This document shows positions 1 through 13,206 of a DNA stretch of 64,000 nt, in pieces. The stretch is from Octopus sinensis (Eukaryota). Where the stretch lies: the NCBI RefSeq assembly GCF_006345805.1, contig NC_043004.1:98518001-98582000 (forward strand). The letters run 5' to 3'. The notes beneath the pieces were generated by a model. That model searched no databases and had not been told where the DNA came from. It saw nothing but the letters and a program-made list of their open reading frames with translations. The first letter of the stretch is position 1. The number at the start of each line of letters is the position of its first letter. The position numbers were made by a program, and so were the translations under genes.

Positions 1-41
1 TAAGCATTTTGCCCAGCTTGCTAACGACTCTGCTACATAAT

Positions 42-68
42 AATTATAATAATAATAATAGTAATAAT

Positions 69-103
<35 letters not shown>

Positions 104-372
104 TAATAATAATAAACATAATAATGATAATACGCAAAACACTTTCAATACAATAACCATCAGAGCATCCCAACAAATCACAACACATACCCAAGGCACA
201 CAGAGCTGCACTCAGTAGTGAAGTAAAAGCATGCTATAAAAATAAAACTACTTAATAATAATAATAATAATAATCAATTCTTTTTTATTGGCCACAAGGG
301 CTGACACGCATGATTATAATAATAATAATAATAATAATAGTAATAATAACAATAATAACAATAATAGTAATA
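42..372. repeat. (TAA)n microsatellite tracts
   Basis: Direct reading. Confidence 0.95.
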
Positions 373-374
373 GT

Positions 375-590
375 TGTCATTTCGAATTTTGGTACAAGGC
401 TATAAATTTCAGGGGTTGGGCCTACTCAATTACATGGGCCCCAGTACTTGACTGGTACTTCATTTTATCGATCCACCCCCACACCCCATCACACCAAAGG
501 AACAAAATACAAATTTGATCCCAGTTGAATGGTTTGGGAGAAATTTAACTAGGCTTTTTCGTCAACACTTTAATGTTTCTGCCAGATCGC
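375..590 (-). mobile_element. SINE family B (degenerate)
   Basis: ccccagtacttgactggtacttcattttatcga...tctgccag. Confidence 0.6.
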
Positions 591-651
591 TTTACAAAGC
601 TATAAATGCATATGTGTGTGTGTGAAACTATCTTCTAAGATTGATTATATA

Positions 652-1070
652 GGTGCAGGAGTGGCTGTGTGGTAAGTAGCTTGCTTACCAACCACATGGT
701 TCTGGGTTCAGTCCCACTGCATGGTATCTTGGGCAAGTGTCTTCTGCTATAGCCCCGGACCGACCAATGCCTTGTGAGTGGATTTGGTAGACGGAGACTG
801 AAAGAAGCCTGTCGTATATATGTATATATATATGTGTGTGTGTGTGTGTGTATATGTTTGTGTGTCTGTGTTTGTCCCCCTAGCATTGCTTGACAACCGA
901 TGCTGGTGTGTTTACGTCCCTGTCACTTAGCGGTTTGGCAAAAGAGACCGATAAGAATAAGTACTGGGCTTACAAAAGAATAAGTCCCGGGGTCGATTTG
1001 CTCGACTAAAGGTGGTGCTCCAGCATGGCCGCAGTCAAATGACTGAAACAAGTAAAAGAGTATAAAAGAG
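652..1070 (+). mobile_element. tRNA-derived SINE family A (OR-like, CORE-like centre)
   Basis: A box tggctgtgtgg, B box ggttcagtccc, ccttgggcaagtgtcttct core, internal (TA/TG)n, (TAAAAGAG)n tail. Confidence 0.9.
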
Positions 1071-1342
1071 TATAACAATCTGGTCTGGTATGAAATATTT
1101 ACAAGCTGAAAGAAAATAAATATGTTAATAAAAAAAAACTAGCAAACAAATAACACAAAACAAAAGAAAAGAGGATTTAATCAATAGAAAGAGAGGAACG
1201 TAAAGCAGGAACCACAGATGAAGATGAAGAATTCTTATAAGAAAAGCCCAAAGTAACGGAAAGTAACCAATGAGATCAGGGAATTTGATTAACCAATGTA
1301 TGAGAATGCATAACAGGATGTGTAGAAAATATAGCTGGTTGC

Positions 1343-1460
1343 AGTGGTGGTGGTAGTGGTGGTGGTGGTGGTGGTGGTAATGTGATGATAAGGATGATGA
1401 TTGCGATGATTATGATGACAGTGGCAATGATGATGATGATAATGATGATGATGGTGGGGG

Positions 1461-1495
<35 letters not shown>

Positions 1496-1690
1496 GTGGT
1501 GGGGGTGATGATGATGATGATGGTGGGGGTGATGATGATGATGATGGGGGGTGGTGATGATGATGATGATGATGATGATGATTATGGTGGTGGTGGTGGT
1601 GGTGGTGGTGGAGGTGATGATGATGATGCTGATGATGATGATGATGATGAGGAGGAGGAGGAGGAGGAGGAGAAGGAGGAAGAGGAGTGG
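1343..1690. repeat. Compound (GGT)/(GAT)/(GAG) microsatellite
   Basis: Direct reading. Confidence 0.95.
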
Positions 1691-2119
1691 ATTTTTTTTT
1701 TCTCACAGATGCAACACCTCAGATTTATATAACAAAATAAAAACAACAGGGTGGAAACAAAGGATGTAGCATTTTTTTTTTTTTTACCTTTCTCAAGGCA
1801 TTAAGGAAAGATGTGTACAGCAAAATTATCTCATTTCTGCTAATTTGCTATTCTGAAAAGAAAGGATTGATGATAAAAGATGATAACAAAGATAGCGACA
1901 ACACGATAAGGATGATGATGACAAGGTAAGAGAATAGTGATGAAGCTAGTGTAGTTGATGATAACGATGCTGATGATGACAAGGCAGGGAATATGAACAA
2001 CTGTTATGAAACAAAAGGTGATGGTCATAATGAGATTGCCACACATATTAAGCGATGATGACAATAATAAAAAGAGTATTATTTACAAAATGTATGTATT
2101 CTTTTGTTCTTTCTTTCAT

Positions 2120-2339
2120 TTATTTACAGTCAGTTGAATGTGGCCATGCTGGAGCAGCACTTTTAGTCGGATGAATTGAACCCCGGACTTCTTTGTAAAC
2201 CTAGGACTTGTTTTATCGGTCTCTTTTGCCGAACCGCTAAGTTGCTGGGATGTAAACACACCGCCATCAGTTGTCAAGTGATTGTGAGGGGGACAAACAC
2301 AGACACCCACACACATGCACACGAATACATACATACTTA

Positions 2340-2371
<32 letters not shown>

Positions 2372-2510
2372 CACAAAACAGGCTTCTTTCAGTTTCTGTC
2401 TACCAAATCCACTCACAAGGCTTTGGTTAGCCCAAGGTGCCATGCAGTAGGACTGAACCTGGAACCATATGGTGGGGAAGCAAGATTCTTACCACATGGC
2501 CATGTCTATA
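2120..2510 (-). mobile_element. SINE family A
   Basis: Diverged reverse copy with internal deletion. Confidence 0.85.
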
Positions 2511-2513
2511 ATT

Positions 2514-2730
2514 TAAGGCAGCAAGCTGCAGAATTGTAAGTACACTGGGCAAAATGCTTAGCAGCATTTAGTCTGTCTTCGCGTTCTGAGTTCAAATTCT
2601 GCCAAGGTCAAATTTGCCTTTCATCCTTCCAGGGTCGATAAAATAATGTAACAGTTATGCATTGAGGTCGATGTAATTGACTTACTTCTCCCAAATCTGC
2701 TGGTCTTGTGCCAAAATTTAAAATCAATAT
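2514..2730 (+). mobile_element. SINE family B (older)
   Basis: gttctgagttcaaattctgccaaggtc...tttcatcctt. Confidence 0.8.
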
Positions 2731-2932
2731 TGTATTATATAATGCTAATATCCTGGTATATTAACTACAGCCATCACTCACAAGTGAGTTGGACTTAGTC
2801 GCACGTGACATGCTTTCACCCATGATTCAGCATACAAATAGTGCTGATCAGACAAAGACACTCCCTTGACCCTTTGACTCTTGATCCAGTAATATACCTG
2901 GGATGTGACAGCTAAAGGGGGAGTAGGTTTAA

Positions 2933-3151
2933 CCCTTTAGTATTTAAACCGGCCATATCTGGCCAAAATAGTTAATCTGTTTTATGTTCAAACTGACCAG
3001 ATCCAGGCTCTCACACCTACCCTACAATGTTATTCTACATTAAGTAATTACACCATCAAGATCTTGAAGATATGAGATAATGCAGGATTAATTCAAATCA
3101 ATGGGAATCAATAGGCATTATGTTTGATAGAAAAATCTGAACGCTAAAGGG
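2933..3151. mobile_element. piggyBac-type MITE
   Basis: TTAA|CCCTTTAG...CTAAAGGG|TTAA. Confidence 0.8.
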
Positions 3152-3466
3152 TTAACCAGCACTAGGTTGGTGCTAACTTCTCAGCTATGTAGATCAGGCC
3201 AGTATGAAATTAAGTGCTATTTGCAATGATACAGTGTGCCACCTGGTCTGTGGATTTAACCACTGACCTAACAGTTGTCAGACCCACTCTCTAATTACTT
3301 GGTTGTATGCCCTCATACCAAAATGAATCCACTCATCTATCTATCTTTGCTGCCCACTACTCCTGGGAGGGTTATGGTTGTAGAGTCCTCAGGCACCTTC
3401 ACCATAAGGACCTATGAGAAGCAACTATCACTACACCTTCCTGCTGGATTCTCAAGCATGAGCACC

Positions 3467-3846
3467 AGAGACTTATTCTTTGTAAGCCCAGTAATTATTC
3501 TATTGGTCTCTTTTGCCGAACCGTTAAGTGACGGGGACATAAACACACCAGCATCGGTTGTCAAGCAATGCTAGGGGGACAAACACAGACACACAAACAC
3601 ATACACACAGATATATATATATATATATATATGGAAAACGGACACTAAACGATGATGATATATATACACACACATATATACAACAGGCTTCTTTCAGTTT
3701 CCGTCTACCAAATCCACTCACAAGGCATTGGTCAGTCCAGGGCTATAGCAGAAGACACTTGCCCAAGATGCCACGCAGTGGGACTGAACCCGGAACCATG
3801 TGGTTGGTTAGCAAGCTACTTACCACACAGCTGCTCCTGCACCTAT
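3467..3846 (-). mobile_element. SINE family A (3'-truncated)
   Basis: Reverse copy. Confidence 0.9.
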
Positions 3847-3849
3847 ATA

Positions 3850-4020
3850 TGGATATCTATGGATATCATCCAACCATTTTACTCTTGGTTTACCACCAGG
3901 TCTCCAGTCATTGAAGAATCCACCTTGCAATTCTCTCCTGTGATACTCTCACCATATATCCTCAGTACAAGAGTTGTGACCCCTTTATGCAATGAAGCAG
4001 CAGCTTGACCTGGGGAGACC
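3850..4020 (-). mobile_element. RTE LINE 3' remnant
   Basis: RPGGKPRVKWLDDI. Confidence 0.5.
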
Positions 4021-4849
4021 TCTCGATCTCTGAGCGATATATAGCAGTATTAATACTGTATACAATAGTAATTTCACAATATATCAATACATATCACAAT
4101 ATACAATGCTACTGATACGGGATATTTTAGTGCTGCCTCAATGTATGCTGGTAGCAATAGTGGTTGATGACAGAAAGAGCATCTGGGAATAGAAGCCATG
4201 CCAAAATGACATGGCCCTCAATACATCTGGGAGAGCAATAATTTGTCATAGAACTGATTATCACCATGGCGATCCATTTAATCCCTGCTACATGGTAAAT
4301 GAAACTAAAATTATGATAGAATGATGGCGATGATGATATTTATATGCATGTGTGTGTGTGTATGTGAGTGTGTGTGTGTGGACACACATGCACACATATC
4401 TATGAATACATATATTTACATGCAACGATGTACATACTCATTCATGTACATATACCCACACACAAACCCATAAACACCCAACACACACACATATATATAT
4501 ATATATATTACAATCAATAAATTAGACAGCTAAATAATTAATTAATTAATGAATGATAAAGCTAGGATAGATCAAAGACAACAGTTGTATATTTTTAAAA
4601 CTAAGAAGACAACACATATTTGTTGTTGCTGTTACTACTATCATCATCATCATCATCCTCATCATCATCGTCATCGTTGTTATTTTATTATTATTATTAT
4701 CATCATTATTATTATTATTATTATTATTATATTATTATTATTATTTTATTATTATTATTATTATTACTATTCCTCATTGTGTAATCTCTCTATTTCACTA
4801 TATATTTATCAACAATTAGAGTAAAATTATTCAAATTTGTTCTTTGATC

Positions 4850-4992
4850 AAACCTTAATCTTCAATTATTTAATTTTGTAACGCTGCTTCTATATCTACA
4901 ACAAAGAGCTGTAAGTTGCAGAAAACTCTACAACATTTTCATCTGGTAATTTTTCTTTTGCATTGTGCCTATCTCTATCTGTTTCCTCTAGC
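4850..4992 (-). pseudogene. C-terminal exon remnant, frameshifted
   Basis: LEETDRDRHNAKEKLPDENVVEFSA, then shifted frame LQLFVVDIEAALQN*. Confidence 0.35.
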
Positions 4993-5220
4993 TAAATCTA
5001 TATGATTCATGTGGTCATGTCTATCTATTGCATATGCCTATATCTAATCTGTTGTATTTTTGGCTATAAATGTGTAGCTATATCTGCATGCAGATACGAT
5101 TACATGCAACAGATAGATATAGCTACATGTAACACATGTAGCTATAAAATTTTCCAAATAATTTCCCACCATCTTAAACTTTTAATCTCACCAATGGTAT
5201 TGAAATTTGTTGGTCATATA

Positions 5221-5436
5221 CTCTTTACTCTTTTACTCTTTTACTTGTTTCATTCATTTGACTGTGGCCATGCTGGAGCACCGCCTTTTAGTCGAGCAAA
5301 TCGACCCTGGGACTTATTCTTTTTGTAAGCCCAGTACTTATTCTATCGGTCTCTTTTGCCGAACCGCTAAGTGATGGGGACGTAAACACACCAGCATCGG
5401 TTGCCAAGCAATACTAGGGGGACAAACACACACACA

Positions 5437-5472
<36 letters not shown>

Positions 5473-5552
5473 TATATATGTATCATCATCATCATCATCA
5501 TCATCGTTTAACGTCCATTTTCCATGCTAGCATGGGTTGGACGGTGGTATAA

Positions 5553-5583
<31 letters not shown>

Positions 5584-5749
5584 TACGACAGGCTTCTTTC
5601 AGTTTCTGTCTACCAAATCCACTCACAAGGCATTGGTCGGCCCGGGGCTATAGCAGAAGACACTTGCCCAAGATGCCACACAGTGGGACTGAACCCGGAA
5701 CCATGTGGTTGGTTAGCAAGCTATTTACCACACAGCCACTCCTGCACCT
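5221..5749 (-). mobile_element. SINE family A with nested RTE-tail fragment (5482-5547)
   Basis: Full reverse copy; insert sits in its microsatellite. Confidence 0.9.
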
Positions 5750-6048
5750 ATGACCCCATAGCCGTGAATTCTTAGGTTGCTATTTCTAGCAAACAGAGCA
5801 ACCATTGAGAGAGAGAGAGACAGACAGACAGAAAGAGAGAGAGAGTTAGAACGTATTTACTATTAATTCCATTGTTACCTAATAAGGAGTTCCTTCTTAA
5901 AGATCTACATGGTGCGTAATGTACATAAAACGACCACTATATGTGACCATATAGCTACATTTGGAACATGTAGCTATATTTATCTGTTGCATGTGACCGT
6001 ATCTATCTGTTACATGTAGCTATGTCTAACAGATTTATGTAGCTATAT

Positions 6049-6465
6049 GGGTGCAGTAGTGGCTGTGTGGTAAGTAGCTTGCTAACCAACCACATGGTTC
6101 TGGGTTCAGTCCCACTGTGTGGCATCTTGGGCAAGTGTCTTCTGCTATAGCCCCGGGCCGACCAATGCCTTGTGAGTGGATTTGGTAGATGGAAACTGAA
6201 AGAAGCCTATCATATATATGTATATATATGTATATGTATGTGTGTGTGTTTGTGTGTCTGTGTTTGTCCCCCTAGCATTGCTTGACAACCGATGCTGGTG
6301 TGTTTACGTCCCCGTCACTTAGCGGTTTGGCAAAAGAGACCGATAGAATAAGTACAGGGCTTACAAAGAATAAGTCCCGGGGGTCGATTTGCTCGACTAA
6401 AAGCGGTGCTCCAGCATGGCCGCAGTCAAATGACTGAAACAAGTAAAAGAGTAAAAGAGTAAGAG
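6049..6465 (+). mobile_element. SINE family A
   Basis: Full copy. Confidence 0.9.
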
Positions 6466-6645
6466 TATATCTATCTCTTACCAGTGGCTATATCTTTCTG
6501 CTGCCTGTCACTATAACTATCACTGCCTCTAGCTATTGCTATCCATTGTCTAAGGATCAATGTGTCTATTGTCTGTAGCTATATGTGTCTGTTGCCTGTG
6601 GCTGTGGATATCAGTTTCTTTAGACTATGTGTTACACTCCAGCCA

Positions 6646-7119
6646 CCGTAAATGCTCAAGTATAGACCGTCCTTGAGTATAATATGCAGGGGACTTTTAG
6701 GGGGTTGTACTTCTGAAAAACCTAAACCTTGTGTATAATACGTACCCCTTCTCTAACTTGAGTCAAGGAGGTCTATATAACGTCCTTGGTTTGTAAAAAT
6801 ATATGCGGTAACATCCTTTATTATTATTGTATATATAATATAATGCAAATGTATTTTGTGCATTTTGTTTGCAGAAAATAATGAAATAACAGTAATAATG
6901 TTTAATAAATGTTGCTAACTGCAAGTTATGGATGATTTAAGATATTTTCGCACCCGACATCACAAAATGCATCTGAATAAACATTGCCGGACAGCAAACA
7001 GAAACTCGAACTTTGCTTAGAAAATAATTTTCATTTCTGACCTCGTATACAGTACGCATTAGGGATTTTGACCTTTAAATTTTGTGAAAAAAGTGTGGAT
7101 TATATTCGAGGATTTATGG
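6646..7119. mobile_element. pogo/Tc2-like MITE
   Basis: Imperfect TIR ccgtaaatgctcaagtata / ccataaatcctcgaatata; TA on the right flank only. Confidence 0.5.
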
Positions 7120-7178
7120 TATATCTAACCATTGTCGATGGCTAAATCTGTATATTGTCTATGGCTTTCTTATGATCA

Positions 7179-7234
<56 letters not shown>

Positions 7235-7523
7235 GTAGTAGTAGTAGTAGTAGTAGTATTTTTATTAACCTCTTTTTTCAATTCTGTTTCCATTTTTTGA
7301 CAAGTGTCTTCCTGACACCTAGGGCAGAGAAATGTACTGTTTACACTGGTAGGCCATTAAAACAACCACACCAGATTTTTTTTCATTTACAGAGTCATGT
7401 CATAGAGAGAAAGAGGAAAACAGAGAAAAAAGGAAAAATAAAAAATAGAAAAGTAAACAAATAAAATAAAGGGGGAAAAGGAAAGAAAATTTAGTGACAA
7501 TGCTCTTCCTGATACATGTGACA

Positions 7524-7591
7524 TACCAGTTAAGACAATCTTTTGCACTTTCTGCATGGATGGTAAGCCATTATTATTATTATTGTTGTCG

Positions 7592-7643
<52 letters not shown>

Positions 7644-7652
7644 TATTACTAT

Positions 7653-7685
<33 letters not shown>

Positions 7686-7753
7686 CGACAATAATAATAA
7701 TAATAATGGCTTACCATCCATGCATAGAGCGCAAAAGATTGTCTTAACTGGTA
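7524..7753. repeat. Fold-back inverted repeat (~110-bp arms)
   Basis: taccagttaagacaatc...gatggtaagccatt(att)n(gtc)(atc)n is mirrored by its reverse complement ending at 7753; 3 mismatches in the unique arm. Confidence 0.9.
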
Positions 7754-8544
7754 GCAATGGTTTCCAGCTCTTCATCTGATTCAAGGTTAATGTCTAGTTC
7801 CCTTTCGAACTTATAAGCTTCCTTGACAATAGAATGCAGCTTTTTGCTGCTTTCGTGTTCACACACAAGTCGCAGCATCCAGTCCTTTGTACTAGATAGG
7901 TACCTGTTCATTCCTACAGTGGAGGTCTTATAGCACAGCTCTAATTGCATCATTCCTCTTCCCCCCACCCCCACCCCGCTGCTTCTAGGTAGGTACAGGC
8001 GGTCTACATCTGCCTTAGGGTGGTGCATGTTCTTGGATGTCAGTAATTTTCTTGTCTTCCTGTCCAAGCGTTGGAGTTCCGTAGGGTTCCAGTTAATGAT
8101 GTTAAAACTGTACTGTACTACTGGAAGTGCCAGGGTGTTAATGGCCTCAATGCAATTTTTGGAGTTGAGTTCAGTCTTCAGTACAAGCCTTATTCTCCGA
8201 TAGTATTCCTTTCTTATTTTTTCCTTCATTGTAGCATGATGTATACCATCTCCTTCGATGATTCCTAGGTATTTGTAACTTTCTTGTGGGTCAAGTTCCT
8301 TGATGGTAGTGTCAATATCTAATTTAACAGAAGCTGTTTGCCTGAGCTTGCCTCTTACAAAAGTTGCTTTAGCACACTTATCAAGGCCAAAATTGCTGAA
8401 CTCTTTAACAGTTGTTAGCAACCCTTCTAGCTCTTGGTCATTTCTGGCAAACAGCTTTAGGTCGTCCATATAGAAAAGGTGATTTATTGACTTACTAAAA
8501 ACTTTGTACCCATAACTGGTACTATCCAATTCGTTTGAGAGTGG

Positions 8545-8547
<3 letters not shown>
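7706..8547 (-). mobile_element. R4/Dong-clade non-LTR retrotransposon, RT/thumb fragment
   Basis: Open frame with INHLFYMDDLKLF, FGLDKCAK, YKYLGI, LYLPR..GGRGMMQL; truncated at both ends; abuts a (TAA)n tract. Confidence 0.9.
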
Positions 8548-8615
<68 letters not shown>

Positions 8616-8617
8616 CA
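8547..8617. repeat. (TTA)n microsatellite
   Basis: Direct reading. Confidence 0.95.
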
Positions 8618-8745
8618 TTTATTGACCTCAAATAAATGAAAACCATGATGGAATTTGAACTTAGAATACAGGGAGCAAGAACAAATACTGTAAGGCATTC
8701 TAGCCAACAATCTAACAACTTTGCTAATTTACTAACCACTGAGGG
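8617..8745 (-). mobile_element. SINE family B (degenerate)
   Basis: ggaatttgaacttagaa...taaggcattc. Confidence 0.55.
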
Positions 8746-9188
8746 AATCACTAATATTTACAACACTCACACTGTACGAGCTGGTTAAAATTATAACATT
8801 CTAACGTCCAATTTGAATCCAAATGAGTTACTATTATTGAAACTCACCACCTTTCGATGCACACCTTCAAAAATTCTAGAAAGGCTAATCTTTATCATTT
8901 ACAAGTCCACACATTTTTTTCAATAAACCACAACAAAATTCAAAGCCATATATGGCTTCCTCAACCAAAGCTTCCCACATGTAACACTTTAACTATCATA
9001 GCCATCAGCAAAGATTTCAACACCATTTTCCACTACCTACTCACAAAAAGAAAGACACAAACAATACCTAACATCACATTGAGAACAATGCATCCAAAGA
9101 ACTGCAATTTTCTGAATGGCATGCCACATCCCACCCGCTTTCTTTAATCTATATTTACATGAATATCATAAAACTTCCATGAAAAATA

Positions 9189-9600
9189 TAGGCGCAGGAG
9201 TGGCTGTGTGGTAAGTAGCTTGTTTACCAACCACATGGTTCCGGGTTCAGTCCCACTGCATGGCACCTTGGGCGAGTGTCTTCTGCTATAGCCTCGGGCC
9301 AACCAAAGCCTTGTGAGTGGATTTGGTAGACGGAAACTGAAAGAAGCCCGTCGTATATATGTATATATATATGCGTGTGTATGTTTGTGTGTCTGTGTTT
9401 GTCCCCCTAGCATTGCTTGACAACCGATGCTGGTATGTTTATGTCCCCGTTACTTAGCGGTTCAGCAAAAGAGACCGATAGAATAAGTACTGGGCTTACA
9501 AAAAAATAAGTCCCGGGGTCGAGTTGCTCGATTAAAGGCAATGCTCCAGCATGGCTGCAGTCAAATGACTGAAACGAGTAAAAGAGAGAGTAAAGAGTAA
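9189..9600 (+). mobile_element. SINE family A
   Basis: Full copy. Confidence 0.9.
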
Positions 9601-9659
9601 GAGATCTTCATATATTTGCATCTCCCTCATCATTCTTCAGACAGTCATTCCATTCTTAC

Positions 9660-9753
9660 TTAAATCAACTTAGTAACTTGGTTCCTTAACAACAGATATA
9701 AAGTAGCAACTACGAAATCCACTGTTTTCATTTTTACCAGCAACATTAGAGAA
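9660..9753 (-). pseudogene. 94-nt exon-like segment with in-frame stop
   Basis: ttattcacag|FSNVAGKNENSGFRSCYFISVVKEPSY*VDL|gtaaga; no motif recognised. Confidence 0.25.
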
Positions 9754-10026
9754 CTGTGAATAACAATGAGCTGTCACATTCAACAGCATAAACAAACAGT
9801 GCACACAGAAGACTAAAATACTAAAAATTACTACTTCTACTACTCCTGCTGCTGCTGCTGCCATTGTTAAAATGACATGCATATATAAGTAGAGCAATCA
9901 GTTACAGTATTTGGTAAACAGATACAGATAAAACAACAGCAATGGTGTACTAATATTACATTAGTTCCATTATGGACTGTGCCAGTTCTGTCTGATCTCA
10001 GAATCATTCTACATTTCATTTTAAAC

Positions 10027-10258
10027 CAGTGGTTCCCAACCTGGGGTCTGCGGACGCTTGCGGGGGGGGGGGGTCCACACAGGTAGTACTGGGCGGGGGG
10101 GTCTGTGAACTAAATTGAAAATTTCATTTATAGGGTAAGCATATTAAAAGGGGGCCATGGGAAAACTCATTTAAATAAAAAAGTTGGGAACTCTGCGAAA
10201 AGGTTGGGAATGGCTGCAAAAAGGTTGGGAACTGCTGCAAAAAGGCTGGGTACCACTG
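10027..10258. mobile_element. hAT-type MITE
   Basis: CAGTGGTTCCCAACCT ... AGGCTGGGTACCACTG; 8-bp TSD ttttaaac/ttctaaac (7/8). Confidence 0.8.
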
Positions 10259-10321
10259 TTCTAAACTGGAGAGAATAAAAAAACAGCTCACTTTACATTA
10301 TAACTGTCTGCAAACCACACC

Positions 10322-10440
10322 CACAGGATGAAAGTCAAAGTTGACTTTGGCAAAATTTGAACCCAGTACATAAAGATAGACACAGGGCCACTAAACATTC
10401 TCCTCGGCATGCTAATGATTCTGCCAGCTCACCACCTTAA
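10322..10440 (-). mobile_element. SINE family B, 5' part
   Basis: aatttgaacccag...gctaatgattctgccagctcaccacctta. Confidence 0.7.
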
Positions 10441-10719
10441 TAATGATAGTAACAAGTGCAAAGAAACAGCAATTGTTGTGCCCTGACCTGATCCACTTTG
10501 GTCATCTCTGGGGTAAGCAATAGCTGAATCAATGGCTAAACTGAAGCCAACTGGACACTGAAAGGAGACAAGCAATATTTGCACTCAGTTATTTACGACA
10601 AGTTAGAGTGTACAGTATTGCCCTTAAGTTGGTGGAGACATAGTTTTCTTTTTATAAGATGTATATGTGGGACCTATCCTTGTCATTTGGGCAACTGAAC
10701 AATGGCAACAGTATTACAC

Positions 10720-11494
10720 TCATGACTAGACTACCATATCTGCCATAACCATCAAAATCAGCACCACCATCACCACCATCACCACCACTTCCACCGCCAC
10801 CACTACCACCACCACTACCACCACCACCACCACCACTACCACCATCACCACTCATCATTGTCACAACCATCAAGGTTGTTCTTGCTAACACCAACATCAG
10901 CCACCACCACCACCACCACCACCACAACTACCACCACCACCAACACCACCAACACCACCACCGACTCCACACTGCCAATATCATAATCACCATCATCTCA
11001 TTCATCGTGGTCGTCATCATCATCATCGTCTTCATCATCATCATCATCATCACACTACCAACTCACCATCAACACCAGCATCAGCATTACTATCAGCAGT
11101 ATCATTAGTATTACCTCCACTACACTCACCACCACCACCACCACTACTGCAATTAACACAATTGCCACAAACCCTTACCATAATCCTAACCACCACAGCA
11201 ATTACCATAATCGCCACCACTACCACCACCACCACTACTGTCATTGTCAGCATTGTCACCATCCTCATCGTCATCATCACCATCACCATCACCATCATAC
11301 TGTCACTATGCACCTTTAGCTATTGGTATTGGCACCCATCATCAGATTCAACTATTCTCACTTTTTTCTGTACTCAAATTCTTTTCATTTTTTTTCCTTT
11401 TCTTTCCTTTTATTTTTATTATTTTTATCATCACCATCACCATCACCATCATCATTATTACTATTATTATTATTATTTTTATTATTATTATTAA

Positions 11495-11530
<36 letters not shown>

Positions 11531-11600
11531 ATATTATTATTATTATTATTATTATATAATATCATTATTATTATTATTATTATTATTATTGTTGTTGTTG
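10720..11600. repeat. Compound (CAC)/(CAT)/(TAT) low-complexity block
   Basis: Direct reading. Confidence 0.9.
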
Positions 11601-12774
11601 TTGTTATTATTCCTTGTCTCATTTTTGAAAAATGTGTGGAATGTCATTTGTGATTTGTTAGTGAATCAATCAGAAACTTTCCCACTGCCCATTCTTCCCA
11701 CAGAACCCGCCCCCCTCACAGCCATGCCCATCCGACCTTCCAGCCTCACCTCTCCATACTTAAATCACTTTTTTTTTTTTCTTTAAATTCTTCTCACTTT
11801 GCTTTTTGCATTTTTTTTGTCGTTTATTTTTTTCCTGTGATTATATTTTTTTTTATATTTCCTTGTAAGAAAAGAAAAATGATGTCACTGTCCTTACGAC
11901 ATACATTCACACAAACACACACACACACAAGCACATGTATACACGCACACATTACTTAATGCACTCACACATATATAAATATATACCTTTATATAAGCAT
12001 AGCAATGCATACATGCAAACATACCCCATACTTCATAAATATATACATACATGCACATACATAAATGCATATTTGATGCATATATACTTTTATGCATTTA
12101 CACACATATATATGCATACCTACATACATATATAAATTTAAAATATACCTACATATGAACATTTGCACATTTCATTCATATAAACACATTCGCATATACA
12201 CATGCATACATACATTTCATTCATATAAACACATTCACATATACACATGTGTACATACATTTCATTCACATGTACACATGCATACATACATACGTATAAA
12301 GATATATCTCAAATATGCACTTCAACACACTATAAAAAACACACATACACATGCATACATACATACTCAAATACTTACCATTAAATTATTACACACACAT
12401 TGACAACTTTACAAGCTGATAATGTTGACACTAAAAGAATCCCCGTCATTGTATTTTTGTGTGTGTCTTAGCAGTGGGGAAGAAATTCTGGGTGTAATTT
12501 AGCAAGTAATCAAACTAATGTAGTTTACTTTCAACATTCTTTTCTTACATTGTTTCATTTCATTGCATTCAGATTTTGGGTTCAAATTTCACTGGGGTGA
12601 AGTCAATAAGTACCAGTAATACATAAATGGGTATTAATCTGATTGTCTATGGTCCTTAACTTCAAATAGTTTGGTTCTTCTAAATCAGAATAATCTATAG
12701 GTGCCTTTTAGGTGTTGTTGCTATTTGTCTATTGTTCTCTTTACTTATTATATGATTAATTACCTGAAAAAGAG

Positions 12775-12968
12775 GTAATTTCTACTCTTCTCCTCTGGAA
12801 GCCATCTACTCGCAATACCAGAGGGCGCACACTCTCCTACCCTGATGTAATCTCCAGGGATACAGGCATCCAGCAACAGGACCTCCGTAATGCCATGATG
12901 GACCATGAAGTCTGGTGTAGCATGGTAAATTCCATTGTCTCGACCACGGTCAAACAATGATGATGATT
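12775..12968 (+). mobile_element. RTE-like LINE 3' end
   Basis: LLLWKPSTRNTRGRTLSYPDVISRDTG...LRNAMMDHEVW; (GAT)n tail. Confidence 0.75.
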
Positions 12969-13206
12969 ATATGACCATTTTTATTCTGCTTTTTAGTTAG
13001 GGTTGCTTGTAACATTGGCTTTCTCTTCTTCCCCTCTCTAATTTAAGCTTCCTCCTCATTCATTCCCCTGCCCTTTTAGACTTCTCAACATCTCACACCA
13101 CTTCTGTTTTTTGGTTTTACCCCCATCTCACACCATCACATTCATCCTTCATCTTCAATTCTTTTATCACTTATTTGCCACCAGTCCAAACCGCAATGCT
13201 ACTTAC

